Part shown: one piece after another, positions 38,635-48,035 of the stretch | Numbering within the stretch: position 1 is the stretch's first letter | Layout: each line of letters opens with the position of its first letter | Assembly (NCBI GenBank): GCA_025937815.1 | Contig: JAICQP010000002.1 | Location: 1 to 52,086 of the forward strand | DNA from: Gemmatimonadota bacterium | Lineage (GTDB): Bacteria; Gemmatimonadota; Gemmatimonadetes; JACCXV01; JAHWKZ01 | Direction: 5' to 3' | Length of the DNA: 52,086 bases | Notes under the pieces: generated by a model | What the model saw: only the letters and a program-made list of their open reading frames with translations | What the model was told of the DNA's origin: nothing | Databases searched by the model: none | Program-made: the position numbers and the translations under genes

Positions 38635-39813
38635 ATGCGCGTTGCCATTGACCTTACCGCGTTGCAGCCCGAGGCCACCGGGGTCGACAACTACCTCACG
38701 CACCTCGTAGTCCACCTGGGCCGGATCGACGACGCGAATCGGTACCGGGTCTACGTGAACTACGAGGATCGGCGGCGATTCGACGGCCAGCTCCCCGGGA
38801 ATTTCGCAGTCGTCCCTCTCTCCCTTCGGCCCCGCCCCGTGCGCCTGCTGTTCCAGCAGGTCGCGCTGCCGGCGGCGGCTCTGGGATGGAACGCGGATGT
38901 GGTCCACTCGCCGTCGTTCATCATGCCGTTCTACCGGGGCCGGCAGCGCCACGTCCTGACGATCTACGACATGACGTTCTTCTCGCTTCCGGAATATCAC
39001 ACCGCACTTCGGCGAAGCGTTTATTACCGCCGGGCGCTGCTCGGCAGCGTCCGTCGCGCGGACCTGATAACGGTCCCTTCCCGCTCCACCAGGGATCAGA
39101 TCCTACGGATCGTCAGGGATCTGCCGCCGGATCGCATCCGGGAGGTGATCCCAGGCATCAACGAGGAGTTCCGCGTCCGGGATCCGGGAGAGGTGCGGCG
39201 GCAGACCAGGCGGCTGGGACTACCCGAGTCATACGTCCTGCATGTCGGCACGATCGAGCCCCGCAAGAACCTGCCGAACCTCATCGAGGCCTATCGGCGA
39301 CTGGTGAACCGCTCGGGAACGGATGCGCACCTGGTCCTGGCGGGGCGATTGGGTTGGAGCTACGAGGAAGTGCTGTTCCGAATGAGCTCCTCGGAACTTC
39401 GCGGCCGGATCCACGCGCCGGGCTATGTCTCCCAGGCCGATCTGCCATGGTACTACGCCGGCGCGAAGCTGTTCGTATACCCGTCGTTCCAGGAGGGCTT
39501 CGGCTTCCCGCCGCTGGAGGCGATGGCGTGCGGCGTGCCTACGATCTCGTCTCTATCCACCTCGCTGACCGAAAACCTCGCCGGCGCCGCTGAGCTCGTT
39601 CCGCCCGACGACGTGGAGGCCCTCGTCGCCGCGATGACCCGGCTGCTTCAGAACGAGCGGTTGCGCGACGAGCGTCGGCGTCAGGGACTCGAGCGCAGTG
39701 CGCGCTACAGCTGGATCGAGACCGCCCGCCGGACACTCGAGTGCTACACCACGTCGAGCGAAGGACGCCGCGGGGTCGAGGTGGCCACCTCGGGCGCGGA
39801 AACGCCGGCATGA
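38635..39813 (+). CDS. glycosyltransferase, GT-B fold (GT4-like)
   Basis: MRVAIDLT... N-terminus, and an EX7E region FVYPSFQEGFGFPPLEAMACGVP. ATG at 38635 (ATG 38623 is an alternative). Confidence 0.85.
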   Translation: MRVAIDLTALQPEATGVDNYLTHLVVHLGRIDDANRYRVYVNYEDRRRFDGQLPGNFAVVPLSLRPRPVRLLFQQVALPAAALGWNADVVHSPSFIMPFYRGRQRHVLTIYDMTFFSLPEYHTALRRSVYYRRALLGSVRRADLITVPSRSTRDQILRIVRDLPPDRIREVIPGINEEFRVRDPGEVRRQTRRLGLPESYVLHVGTIEPRKNLPNLIEAYRRLVNRSGTDAHLVLAGRLGWSYEEVLFRMSSSELRGRIHAPGYVSQADLPWYYAGAKLFVYPSFQEGFGFPPLEAMACGVPTISSLSTSLTENLAGAAELVPPDDVEALVAAMTRLLQNERLRDERRRQGLERSARYSWIETARRTLECYTTSSEGRRGVEVATSGAETPA

Positions 39814-40703
39814 GCGATCGGTTATCCATCGTGGTCGCCACGACCCATCCCTGGCCCGAGATACGGGAGTGTCTCGAGTCCCTGCGGGACCAGGCCGCGG
39901 CGCACGGGGCCGAGATCCTCGTGGCCGACGGAGACGGCGCCGGATTTCCGGAGGCCGAGGCCCGTAACCATCCGAACGTGCGCGTACTGGAGCGGCGGGG
40001 CGCGTCGGTCTTCGCGCTGCGAGCGCTCGGAATCTCCCAGGCGAGCGGCGGTATCATCGCGATCACCGAGGATCACTGCCGCGTGGCCCCGGACTGGTGC
40101 GCGCGGATCCTCGACGCCCACCGGGAGCACCCCGATGCCGCCGCCATCGGCGGCGCAGTCGAGAACGGCGCCACATCGACGCTCATCGACTGGGCGAACT
40201 TCGCGCTGGTGTTCAGCCCCTTCATGCCCCCCATCCGGAACGGGGAGAGCGAGCAAATCGCCCTGCAGGCCAACATCTCGTACAAGCGCCGGGTAATCCC
40301 AGAAGCCATGGGTCGGCTCGGCATGATGGAGTTCCTGTTCAACCGGGAGATCCGCGCCCGCGGCGAGCGCCTGGTGGCGGACGGCCGGATCCTCGTCCAC
40401 CATCATCAGTCGCACAGTATCCGGCGAACCTGCTCCTCGCACTTCCACAACGGCCGTTCGATCGCTGGATTCCGTCTGGCTGACATGACGGGAATCGAAC
40501 GTCTCGCGCGCATCGGATCGACGGTCATCCTGCCGCCGTTTCTCCTCTATCTGACGCTGCGCAATGTGGCCGGGAAGGGGCGGCTCAAGGATGGCATCCT
40601 GGCCAGCGTCCCGCTCCTGCTTCCGCTGGTCGTCTCCCACGCGGCAGGCGAGCTGGTCGGCTACGTCGCCGGCCCGGGAGACAGCCCTCGCCGGATCGAC
40701 TGA
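39810..40703 (+). CDS. glycosyltransferase, GT-A fold (GT2-like) with C-terminal membrane segments
   Basis: LSIVVATTHPWPE... and ILVADGDG, as in the GT2 N-terminal half. Hydrophobic C-terminal helices. The ATG overlaps the GT4 stop (ATGA). Confidence 0.6.
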   Translation: MSDRLSIVVATTHPWPEIRECLESLRDQAAAHGAEILVADGDGAGFPEAEARNHPNVRVLERRGASVFALRALGISQASGGIIAITEDHCRVAPDWCARILDAHREHPDAAAIGGAVENGATSTLIDWANFALVFSPFMPPIRNGESEQIALQANISYKRRVIPEAMGRLGMMEFLFNREIRARGERLVADGRILVHHHQSHSIRRTCSSHFHNGRSIAGFRLADMTGIERLARIGSTVILPPFLLYLTLRNVAGKGRLKDGILASVPLLLPLVVSHAAGELVGYVAGPGDSPRRID

Positions 40704-40778
40704 CGCCAAGCGGACGAAGCGCCGCAAGCGATACAGATCAGGGGAACGTCAACTCGTCGCTGGTCCCGGCCGCGTGTT

Positions 40779-42851
40779 TTATCCCTGGCGCGCCAGGTCC
40801 GCGTCCTTCTCCGCCAGCCGCTCGAGCCAGCGGCGGATCGGGGCGTGGTCGGGCCGCTCGAGAGTCGGGTCGGCGTCGACGAGATCGAACGCGGCGTCGC
40901 GCGCGGCGGTCAACAGGTCGATGTCGCGCTCGAGGTCGGCGATCCGGAAATCGGGGGCGCCGTGCTGGCGGGTGCCGAACACGTCGCCCTGCCCGCGGAG
41001 CCGGAAGTCCTCCTCGGCGATCACGAACCCGTCGTGGGTCGCGGCCAGGACCCGCGCCCGCTCGCGGGCATGAGCTCCGGCGCCGTCGGAGATGACCAGG
41101 AAGCAGTACGCCGACTTCTCCCCCCGTCCGACCCTCCCGCGGAGCTGATGGAGCTGCGACAGGCCGAACCGCTCGGCGTGCTCGACGACCATGAATGTCG
41201 CGTTCGCCACGTCGACGCCGACCTCGATTACCGTGGTCGCCACCAGCACGTCGATCTCACCGGCCGCGAACGCGCGCATGATGCGGTCCTTCTCGTCGGA
41301 CGCCACCCGGCCGTGGAGGAGCGCGACGCGGGCCTTCGGGAACCGCGCGGCCAGCGCCTCGTAACCCGAGGTCGCGTCCTTGAGATCCACCGCCTCGGAT
41401 TCCTCGATCAGGGGATACACGACGTACCCCTGCTCCCCCGCCGCCAGCCGCTCGGCGAGGAACGCGTACAGCCGCTCCCGCTGCCGCTCGCCCAGAACGC
41501 GTGTCGCGACGGGCTTCCTCCCCGGCGGCATCTCGTCGATCCGCGACACGTCGAGGTCGCCGTAGAACGTCAGCGCGAGCGAGCGCGGGATGGGAGTCGC
41601 GGTCATGACGAGGACGTCGGGCACCGCGCCCTTCCGGGTGAGCGCCAGGCGCTGCGCGACGCCGAAGCGGTGCTGCTCGTCGATGATCGCGAGGCCCAGC
41701 CTGCGGAACTCGACTCCCTCCTGGATCAGCGCGTGGGTCCCGATCGCGATGTCGATCGCGCCTTCCGCGAGGCCGGCGGCGATCCGCGCGCGCGTCCTCC
41801 CGCCCACGCTCCCCGTCAGGAGCGCGGCATCGACCGGCGCGTCGCCGAGAAGCCGCCCGATCGTCCGCGCGTGCTGCTCGGCCAGGATCTCGGTCGGCGC
41901 CATCAGCGCGCCCTGGTAGCCGCTCTCGATCGCTCTGAGGAGCGCCAGGAGCGCGACGACCGTCTTCCCCGAGCCGACGTCGCCCTGAAGGAGCCTGTTC
42001 ATGGGGCGCGTCGAGCGCATGTCGCGGTAGATCTCCGACAGCGTCCGGCGCTGGGCGCGTGTAAGCGTGAAGGGGAGCGCCTTGCCGACGCGGGGCACGA
42101 TCTCCCCCTCCGTCGCCATCGCGATCCCACTCTCCGGGCGCCGGCGCTCGATGGCCTTGAGGGCCAGCCTGAGCTCCCACCAGAAGAGCTCCTCCCACGC
42201 GAAACGCCGGCGCGCGCGGTCGCGCGCGATCGGACTCTCGGGCCAGTGGAGGTCGGCGATCGCGGTGCCGAGCGGGGGGAGGCCGTGCTGCTCGCGAAGA
42301 TCCGCGGGAAGCGGGTCATCGACCGGTTCGAGGCGGTCGAGCGCGGCGCGGGTCCAGGACCGAAGCGCCTTCTGCGTGACGTTCTCGGTCAGCGGATAGA
42401 TCGGCAGCATCGTGGCGGGCCCGCCGTCGCCGTCGTCCTGCGTGACGTCGAACTCGGACGGCGAGAGCTGGAGCCGCCCCTGGAAGCGGGTCACGGCGCC
42501 GATCGCGCGCAGCCGGTCGCCCCGCGCGATCTTCCCCTTGACCCACGGCTGGTTGAACCAGACGAGCGCCACCCCGCCGGTCTCGTCCTCGAGGAGCGCC
42601 GACACCATGCTCTTCCGGCCGCGGAGCTTCCGCTCGCCGATCGTCCGCACGGTGCCCACCACCGTCGCCGTCTCGCCGGCCTTGAGATCGCCGATCCGCG
42701 TCACATGGCGCGCGTCGAAGTAGTCGCGCGGATAATGGAGGAGGAGGTCGCCGACGGTCCGGATCCCGAGCCGCGCCAGGTCCTCCACCCGCCGCGGGCC
42801 GACCCCCGGCAGGAACCGGACCTCGGTGTCGAGCCCGAGCGCGCCGCTCAG
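40779..42851 (-). CDS. recG: ATP-dependent DNA helicase RecG (start uncertain)
   Basis: N-terminal [24 protein letters not shown], wedge/OB domain, Walker [16 protein letters not shown], and the TRG region. The conserved N-terminus begins before the first canonical start (GTG 42788). The only start-like codon there is CTG at 42851, overlapping the ftsY stop. Confidence 0.9.
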   Translation of the reverse strand: MSGALGLDTEVRFLPGVGPRRVEDLARLGIRTVGDLLLHYPRDYFDARHVTRIGDLKAGETATVVGTVRTIGERKLRGRKSMVSALLEDETGGVALVWFNQPWVKGKIARGDRLRAIGAVTRFQGRLQLSPSEFDVTQDDGDGGPATMLPIYPLTENVTQKALRSWTRAALDRLEPVDDPLPADLREQHGLPPLGTAIADLHWPESPIARDRARRRFAWEELFWWELRLALKAIERRRPESGIAMATEGEIVPRVGKALPFTLTRAQRRTLSEIYRDMRSTRPMNRLLQGDVGSGKTVVALLALLRAIESGYQGALMAPTEILAEQHARTIGRLLGDAPVDAALLTGSVGGRTRARIAAGLAEGAIDIAIGTHALIQEGVEFRRLGLAIIDEQHRFGVAQRLALTRKGAVPDVLVMTATPIPRSLALTFYGDLDVSRIDEMPPGRKPVATRVLGERQRERLYAFLAERLAAGEQGYVVYPLIEESEAVDLKDATSGYEALAARFPKARVALLHGRVASDEKDRIMRAFAAGEIDVLVATTVIEVGVDVANATFMVVEHAERFGLSQLHQLRGRVGRGEKSAYCFLVISDGAGAHARERARVLAATHDGFVIAEEDFRLRGQGDVFGTRQHGAPDFRIADLERDIDLLTAARDAAFDLVDADPTLERPDHAPIRRWLERLAEKDADLARQG

Positions 42852-43786
42852 CGGAGGAGGCCCTCCGCGAAGGCGCCCGCGTCGAACGGCGCCAGGTCGT
42901 CCAGGCCCTCGCCGAGTCCCACGTACTTGACGGGCACGCCGAGCTCGCGCCGCGCCGCGACGACGACCCCGCCGCGCGCCGTGCCGTCCAGCTTGCAGAC
43001 GACGATGCCGGTGATCGGCAGCGCCGCGCCGAACGTGCGTGCCTGGGCGAGCGCGTTCTGGCCCGTGGTGGCGTCGAGGACGAGGAGGGTCTCGTGGGGC
43101 GCGCCCTCGAGCCGCTTGCCGGCCACCCTGGCGACCTTCGCCACCTCGGCCATGAGATCGGCCTGGGTGTGGAGCCGGCCGGCGGTGTCCGCGAGCACGT
43201 ACGTCATGCCTCGGCCGATCGCCGCGTCGACGGCGTCGAAGACCACCGCGGCCGGGTCGCCGCCCGCCTGTCCAGCCACGACCGGCGCGTCCAGACGCGC
43301 GGCCCACGCCTTCACCTGCTCGATCGCGCCGGCGCGGAACGTGTCGGCGGCGGCCAGGAGGACCGACTCCCCGCGCTCCTGAAGCAGGTGCGCGAGGCGG
43401 GCCAGCGTGGTCGTCTTGCCGACGCCGTTGACGCCGACGAGGAGCACGACGGTGGGCGGCGCGGGCGCGCGCGCGATCTCTATGGAAGCGCCGTCCGGGT
43501 CGAGGAGCTCGACGAGCCGCGCCTTCAGGAATTCCCTGAGCTCGTTCTCGGTCCGCAGCTTTCCCTTCAGCGCCTCGGTCTCGACGGCCTCGGTCAGATG
43601 GAGCGTCGCGGGCACGCCGAAATCAGCCGCCAGGAGCCGCTCCTCCAGGGCCTCGATGGCGGCCGCGTCCACCCCCTTGACCAGGACCGCGACGTCCATG
43701 AGCGCGACGTCCTTGATCCGCTGCCAGAGCCCCCGTTTGGGAGCGAACGCGCGGTCTTCCTCCCGCTTCTCGATCCACCGGTTCAC
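42848..43786 (-). CDS. ftsY: signal recognition particle receptor FtsY
   Basis: NG domain motifs [25 protein letters not shown] and GLGEGLDDL. 312 aa. Confidence 0.95.
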   Translation of the reverse strand: MNRWIEKREEDRAFAPKRGLWQRIKDVALMDVAVLVKGVDAAAIEALEERLLAADFGVPATLHLTEAVETEALKGKLRTENELREFLKARLVELLDPDGASIEIARAPAPPTVVLLVGVNGVGKTTTLARLAHLLQERGESVLLAAADTFRAGAIEQVKAWAARLDAPVVAGQAGGDPAAVVFDAVDAAIGRGMTYVLADTAGRLHTQADLMAEVAKVARVAGKRLEGAPHETLLVLDATTGQNALAQARTFGAALPITGIVVCKLDGTARGGVVVAARRELGVPVKYVGLGEGLDDLAPFDAGAFAEGLLR

Positions 43787-43819
43787 GCGGCTCGCTCCCG
43801 CCTGCTACCTTCGTGGTCC

Positions 43820-44644
43820 ATGTCGATCGTCACGTTCCTCTCCGATGTTCATCTCGGCGCGCATTCACCCGCCGTCGAGGCCGCGAAGGAGCGTGACCTG
43901 ATCGCGCTCCTCGATGGACTCGACGCCGGTTCGACGCTCTATCTCCTCGGCGACGTGTTCGATTTCTGGTTCGACTACGCGAAACCGCCGCGAAAGCACG
44001 GCCCCGTCCTGCGCGCTCTCCAGCGGGCGCGGGCGCGCGACGTCGCCATGGCCTTCATGGGCGGCAACCACGACTACTGGGTGCGCGCCGGGCGCGGCCC
44101 GGGATGGCTCGAGCGCGAGCTCGGCATCCAGGTCCTCGAGGACCCGCACCTGGCGCGCCACGACGACCTCGCGCTCCTCCTCACGCACGGCGACGCCCTC
44201 GGCGGGGCGCAAGGCGGATATCGGGCCGTACGCGCCGTGCTCCGGAACCCCGTCGCGATCTTCGCGTTCCGCCTGCTGCCGTCCAGCACCGGCCATTGGC
44301 TCGCCGACCGCACGTCCGCGGCGAGCCGAGGCAGCCACAGCCAGGCGGCGCTCGCCCGGTATCGCGACCGCCTTCGCGCCGCGGCCGTGCGCGAGCTCGC
44401 GCGGGCCGACGTCGACGCGGTCGTCGCCGGCCACGTCCATGCGCCCGAGCGAAGCGAGCATCCCGGCGGCGTCTACCTCAATCTCGGGGACTGGACGGTC
44501 CATCGCACCTATGGCCGGCTCGCCGCAGGAACGCTCTCGCTCGAGCGTTTCACGCCGAGCCCGCCGCCACGACCTCGACCCCCCCGATCCGACCCCCCAG
44601 GAAGCGCTGCCCGACCCGCAGGAACAGGTCCGGCAGGTCGCTGA
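43820..44644 (+). CDS. metallophosphoesterase, UDP-2,3-diacylglucosamine diphosphatase (LpxH)-like
   Basis: Calcineurin-like motifs SDVHLG, GDVFDFW, GGNHD, THGD and GHVH in LpxH order. ATG at 43820. The Pro/Arg-rich last roughly 30 codons overlap the 3' end of murI on the other strand. Confidence 0.7.
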   Translation: MSIVTFLSDVHLGAHSPAVEAAKERDLIALLDGLDAGSTLYLLGDVFDFWFDYAKPPRKHGPVLRALQRARARDVAMAFMGGNHDYWVRAGRGPGWLERELGIQVLEDPHLARHDDLALLLTHGDALGGAQGGYRAVRAVLRNPVAIFAFRLLPSSTGHWLADRTSAASRGSHSQAALARYRDRLRAAAVRELARADVDAVVAGHVHAPERSEHPGGVYLNLGDWTVHRTYGRLAAGTLSLERFTPSPPPRPRPPRSDPPGSAARPAGTGPAGR

Positions 44645-45413
44645 CCAGGAACCGGTGGGCGGGCTCGCTTTCGTTGGCCGCGAGCTCCCGCTCCGCGAGA
44701 AGCGTCGCGACTTCGCGCGCGGTCTCCTCCGCCGAATCGATGAGCGTCACGCCGGGGCCAATGACCTCGGCGATCACGGGCGCCAGCAGCGGGTAGTGGG
44801 TGCAGCCCAGGATCAGCGTGTCGATCCCGTCGTCCCGGAAGGGCGCCAGGTACTCCTCCGCGATCTGCCGGGCGACCGGGTGGTCGGTCCACCCCTCCTC
44901 CGCCAGCGGGACGAACAGCGGGCACGGCCGCGAGACGACCTCGAGATCGGCGTCCAGCGCGAGCAGGTGGTCGCGGTAGGCACCGCTGTCGATCGTCCCG
45001 TACGTGCCGATCACCCCGATCCGGCCGGTCTTCGTGCGCGCGACCGCGGCCCGGGCGCCGGGCCCGACCACGCCCACGATCGGCAGGTCGAACTCCTCGC
45101 GCAGGACCGGCAGCGCGCGGGCGGTGGCCGTGTTGCACGCCACGACGACCGCCTTTACGTCGTAGGAGGTGAGGAGCCTCACGTTCTCGATCGAGAACCG
45201 CGTGACGGTCTCGCGCGACTTGGGGCCATAGGGCACGCGCGCGGTATCGCCGAAGTAGATCAGCGACTCGCGCGGCAGTCGCTCCATGAGCGCGTGCATG
45301 ACGGTGAGGCCGCCGATGCCGGAGTCGAACACCCCGATCGGCCGCTCCGCACCGGCCGGGACGCGGGCACCTTCGATCGGGGGCTCGTTCGCCGGCGGGT
45401 TCCCGCGCGTCAT
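44550..45413 (-). CDS. murI: glutamate racemase
   Basis: FDSGIGGLTV, VVACNTAT and LGCTHYPLL catalytic Cys contexts. ATG at 45413 overlaps the upstream stop (ATGA). Confidence 0.93.
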   Translation of the reverse strand: MTRGNPPANEPPIEGARVPAGAERPIGVFDSGIGGLTVMHALMERLPRESLIYFGDTARVPYGPKSRETVTRFSIENVRLLTSYDVKAVVVACNTATARALPVLREEFDLPIVGVVGPGARAAVARTKTGRIGVIGTYGTIDSGAYRDHLLALDADLEVVSRPCPLFVPLAEEGWTDHPVARQIAEEYLAPFRDDGIDTLILGCTHYPLLAPVIAEVIGPGVTLIDSAEETAREVATLLAERELAANESEPAHRFLVSDLPDLFLRVGQRFLGGRIGGVEVVAAGSA

Positions 45414-46099
45414 CGGTCGCTCCCCAGCGGCATGCGGATCCGGGCGCGGATGCGGCCCGAGGGATCGGCGTCCAGGCTCAGCGGGTCGAGCTGCGCGGCC
45501 ACGTAGGCGTCCACGGCGCTGAAGATGACCGAGAGCGCGGCATAGGCGTAGAAGTCCTCGCGGCGTCCCTCCACCTCGTCCAGATCCGCACGGATCGTCC
45601 GCGCCTCGAGCGTCTGGCCGAAGGCCTCCTCGGCGAGGACGGGGTCCTCCGGCAGATCGGGGGGCGGGTCGGCGAAGAACGCTTCGCGGGCAGCCTGGAG
45701 ATCGTCCTGAAGATCGAGGGCGTCCAGCTGCTGGCGGTAGCCGAAGTACGCGAACCCCACCTCGGCGAGCGCGAAGCCGATCGCCCGGAGAGGGTGCCCC
45801 GTATACCACTGTCCCCAGCCCGGCAAGAGGAACGAGCGGATCGCGGCGTTGCGGGGGTTTCGCGGCAGGCGGTCCTCGCTCGGCACGGCGGCCAGGATCT
45901 CCTCGGCCGGGCCGCCGCGGAACCGTGGGGCCAGCACTGGAATGGTGTCGGCGGGGGCGAGGCCGAACTGGAGCGTGTCGAGGGGAATCGGCTCGGAGGG
46001 CCGGATCTCCTGCGCCGACCCGGTTCCAGCGATCGTCAGCGCCGCGGCCTCGAGGAGAGTGATCGCCAGGAGCCGGCGCCGGGCGGCCGCTCCCGGCAC
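45410..46099 (-). CDS. DUF5683-like secreted/membrane protein
   Basis: GTG at 46099 gives the signal-like (V)PGAAARRRLLAITLLEAAALTIAGTGSAQE. The SFLLPGWGQWYTG motif and following hydrophobic helix are as in DUF5683 proteins. Confidence 0.5.
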   Translation of the reverse strand: MPGAAARRRLLAITLLEAAALTIAGTGSAQEIRPSEPIPLDTLQFGLAPADTIPVLAPRFRGGPAEEILAAVPSEDRLPRNPRNAAIRSFLLPGWGQWYTGHPLRAIGFALAEVGFAYFGYRQQLDALDLQDDLQAAREAFFADPPPDLPEDPVLAEEAFGQTLEARTIRADLDEVEGRREDFYAYAALSVIFSAVDAYVAAQLDPLSLDADPSGRIRARIRMPLGSDR

Positions 46100-46104
46100 G
46101 CGGA

Positions 46105-46620
46105 TCAAGTCTTGGGCCCCGAGATCATGTATTCGAAGTCCGTTTCGAGCGTGCCGCCCTCGATCACGCAGCTCAGGCTGATCGTCCGACTGGCGATGAT
46201 ACCCGCGGCGCCGGCACTGCCGGTGAACGCGGGATCTCCGCCGACGATCGCGCATCCCGCCTCCTCGAGCAGCTCTTCGAGGTTCGTGATCGTGATCGTG
46301 AACGAGAGCGCGCCGGTGCTCGTCACCGTCCCACTGACCATCCCGGATCCGGCGATCCCCTGACATTCCTCGGTCGCCGTGATCGTGATCGTCCCCGAGA
46401 ACGACGTCCCCGTCTGGCTCGTGATGTCGAGATCTCCGGGACAGGTGATGGGTGGCAGCCCGGTGAGCGTGCCGGTGTGGTTGATCGCATAGTGACCGAC
46501 CACGTTCGCGGCGGGCGGCCCCAGCGGGTCGCCACCGCCACCGCCACCACCGCACGCCGCGAGCGCGAGCGCCGCGACGGCGTGGATCAGTGTTCTCCGG
46601 GGCGTCCTATCTGCGGGCAT
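46105..46620 (-). CDS. lipoprotein, unknown function (Gly-linker, Thr/Ser-rich beta-type domain, 4 Cys)
   Basis: MPADRTPRRTLIHAVAALALAAC-GGGGGGG is a lipobox with a poly-Gly tether. ATG at 46620. No family recognised. Confidence 0.55.
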   Translation of the reverse strand: MPADRTPRRTLIHAVAALALAACGGGGGGGDPLGPPAANVVGHYAINHTGTLTGLPPITCPGDLDITSQTGTSFSGTITITATEECQGIAGSGMVSGTVTSTGALSFTITITNLEELLEEAGCAIVGGDPAFTGSAGAAGIIASRTISLSCVIEGGTLETDFEYMISGPKT

Positions 46621-46645
46621 GGTGGGGAATCTATCTTGGTTCGCG

Positions 46646-47497
46646 ATGGCTTGCATTCGGTTCCCCGCCACGTCCGTGGCCGCCCTCCTCGCGATCGGCT
46701 GCGCCACGGTGGAGATCGACGATCTGTCGACCCCGATGCCGGTCCCGGCCGGGTCCTGCGTGACGGTCGGGTTCCTGGGAGGGCTGGACCGATGGGACGA
46801 CGGGTCGAAGGGAGCGCGCCGCCTGGCGCTCGCGCTGCGGGACCCCGCCGGCCGGCGCTATGCCGAGACCTTCGAGAACCGGCGTCTCGACGTGGCCCGG
46901 TCGTTCGTCCTGCAGGCGCTCGACGCCGACCAGGACGGCGCACTGACGCCCGCTGAGCTCCAGCGGGCGCGCTGGGTGATCTACGGGCAGAGCCTCGGCG
47001 GCGGCTCCGCCGTCGGGCTCGCCTGGCGGCTTGAGTCGCTCGGCGTTCCCGTGGAGCTCCTCGTCCTCCTGGACAGCGTGAGCTGGTTCGACGAGCCGAT
47101 TCCGCCGAACGTGGGGCTCGCGGCCGCCCTGTATCAGGACGAGGGATGGGTCATCCGCGGGGAGTCCGATCCCCGGTTGTCCGACCCGCGTCGCACGCGG
47201 CGGACCCTCGAGGAGTTCGACTACGACCGTCCGCCGGGGTCCACGATCTCGCTGCGCGGCCTCCCGTGGACCAAGCTGGTCCTGCGGGTGGCGCACAGCC
47301 GCATGGATCGTGATCCTCGCGTGTGGGAGCGGGCTCGCCATCTCGCGCGCGCGGCCTGCGAAGACCCCGGGAGCGAAACGGCGACGTCCGCTTCCTCGCC
47401 GAACCTCAGAACCGCTGGCCCTTCGCCTCCCGCAGATGGCTTCCCACCGGACGAATCCTGGACCACATCGTCCAGAAGTAGATCGCGAACCCGATGA
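46646..47497 (+). CDS. lipoprotein with alpha/beta-hydrolase-like GxSxG motif
   Basis: MACIRFPATSVAALLAIGC lipobox. WVIYGQSLGGGSAV is a nucleophile-elbow-like motif. The C-terminal roughly 30 codons overlap the convergent membrane-protein gene. Function is unknown. Confidence 0.45.
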   Translation: MACIRFPATSVAALLAIGCATVEIDDLSTPMPVPAGSCVTVGFLGGLDRWDDGSKGARRLALALRDPAGRRYAETFENRRLDVARSFVLQALDADQDGALTPAELQRARWVIYGQSLGGGSAVGLAWRLESLGVPVELLVLLDSVSWFDEPIPPNVGLAAALYQDEGWVIRGESDPRLSDPRRTRRTLEEFDYDRPPGSTISLRGLPWTKLVLRVAHSRMDRDPRVWERARHLARAACEDPGSETATSASSPNLRTAGPSPPADGFPPDESWTTSSRSRSRTR

Positions 47498-47861
47498 CCT
47501 GTGCGACCCCGGCGGCCGTGACGATCCAGCCGAGCCATTCCGGGCCCGCCGCGCTTCGCGCAACCTCGCCCGCGATCCGGACCGCGGTGGCCACCGTCAG
47601 CGTCCAGTAGGCGGCGTCGATCCGCTCCGGTCGGTACCGGGTGTCGCCCTCCGGCGGCTTCGGGAAGAGCCACAGCGCCACCCCCAGAATCAGGAACATC
47701 ACGAACCCGAGCTGGACGGCGTGCGCGTGGGCGGACACGAGATACGGCCCCGGCCAGGATCCGCCGATCTCGCGCTCGACGAGCATCCACGCGCCGATCA
47801 GCAGCCCGGCGAACAGGAAGACGATCCCGGTCTTGATGAAACGTCGAACGTTGGTGTGCAC
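47406..47861 (-). CDS. small 4-TM membrane protein with His-rich helix (SAHAHAVQLGF)
   Basis: Four hydrophobic helices. GTG at 47861 is the first start that precedes TM1. It lies divergent to the hemerythrin-fusion gene. The family was not recognised with certainty (helices reminiscent of haem-copper oxidase subunit I fragments). Confidence 0.5.
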   Translation of the reverse strand: MHTNVRRFIKTGIVFLFAGLLIGAWMLVEREIGGSWPGPYLVSAHAHAVQLGFVMFLILGVALWLFPKPPEGDTRYRPERIDAAYWTLTVATAVRIAGEVARSAAGPEWLGWIVTAAGVAQVIGFAIYFWTMWSRIRPVGSHLREAKGQRF

Positions 47862-48035
47862 CGGGACAACATGGCCGCTGTCCGGCAGGACTGCACGCCG
47901 GGCCTCCAGAGCGCGATTTCCATACAGCCCCTGGAGGGGTTCCCCCGACAGACCGCCTCGGAACGCCGCGATAGCCTCGAGATAGGATGGCGCGGAGTGT
48001 GGAAAGCCGCGCCCCTCCCCTCGAAAGGAGATCCG

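Noticed and set aside
44550-44644. A 95-nt convergent overlap of the lpxH-like 3' end with the murI 3' end, and a similar 92-nt overlap at 47406..47497.
   Set aside because: In both cases the overlapping tail of one partner is Pro/Arg/Ser-rich and lies beyond its last conserved motif. This is most simply a late stop codon in GC-rich DNA, not a functional antisense arrangement.
12030-44796. Other long shadow ORFs, for example 12030..13256(-), 20048..22093(+), 23642..25561(-), 25889..26740(-), 28003..29040(+), 30019..31602(+), 31599..32786(+), 32927..34099(+), 34716..36002(+), 35678..36994(+), 40845..43382(+) and 43914..45506(+).
   Set aside because: The reasoning is the same. Each lies opposite to, or out of frame with, a confidently identified gene and has a biased R/P/G/A composition.
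46618-46621. A CATG where the minus-strand lipoprotein ATG and a plus-strand ATG (track ORF 46619) overlap back to back.
   Set aside because: The plus-strand lipoprotein signal peptide starts better at ATG 46646 (MACIRF...LAIGC). The overlapping ATG is probably coincidental. The very short (25-nt) divergent spacer remains odd, but it is not interpretable from sequence alone.
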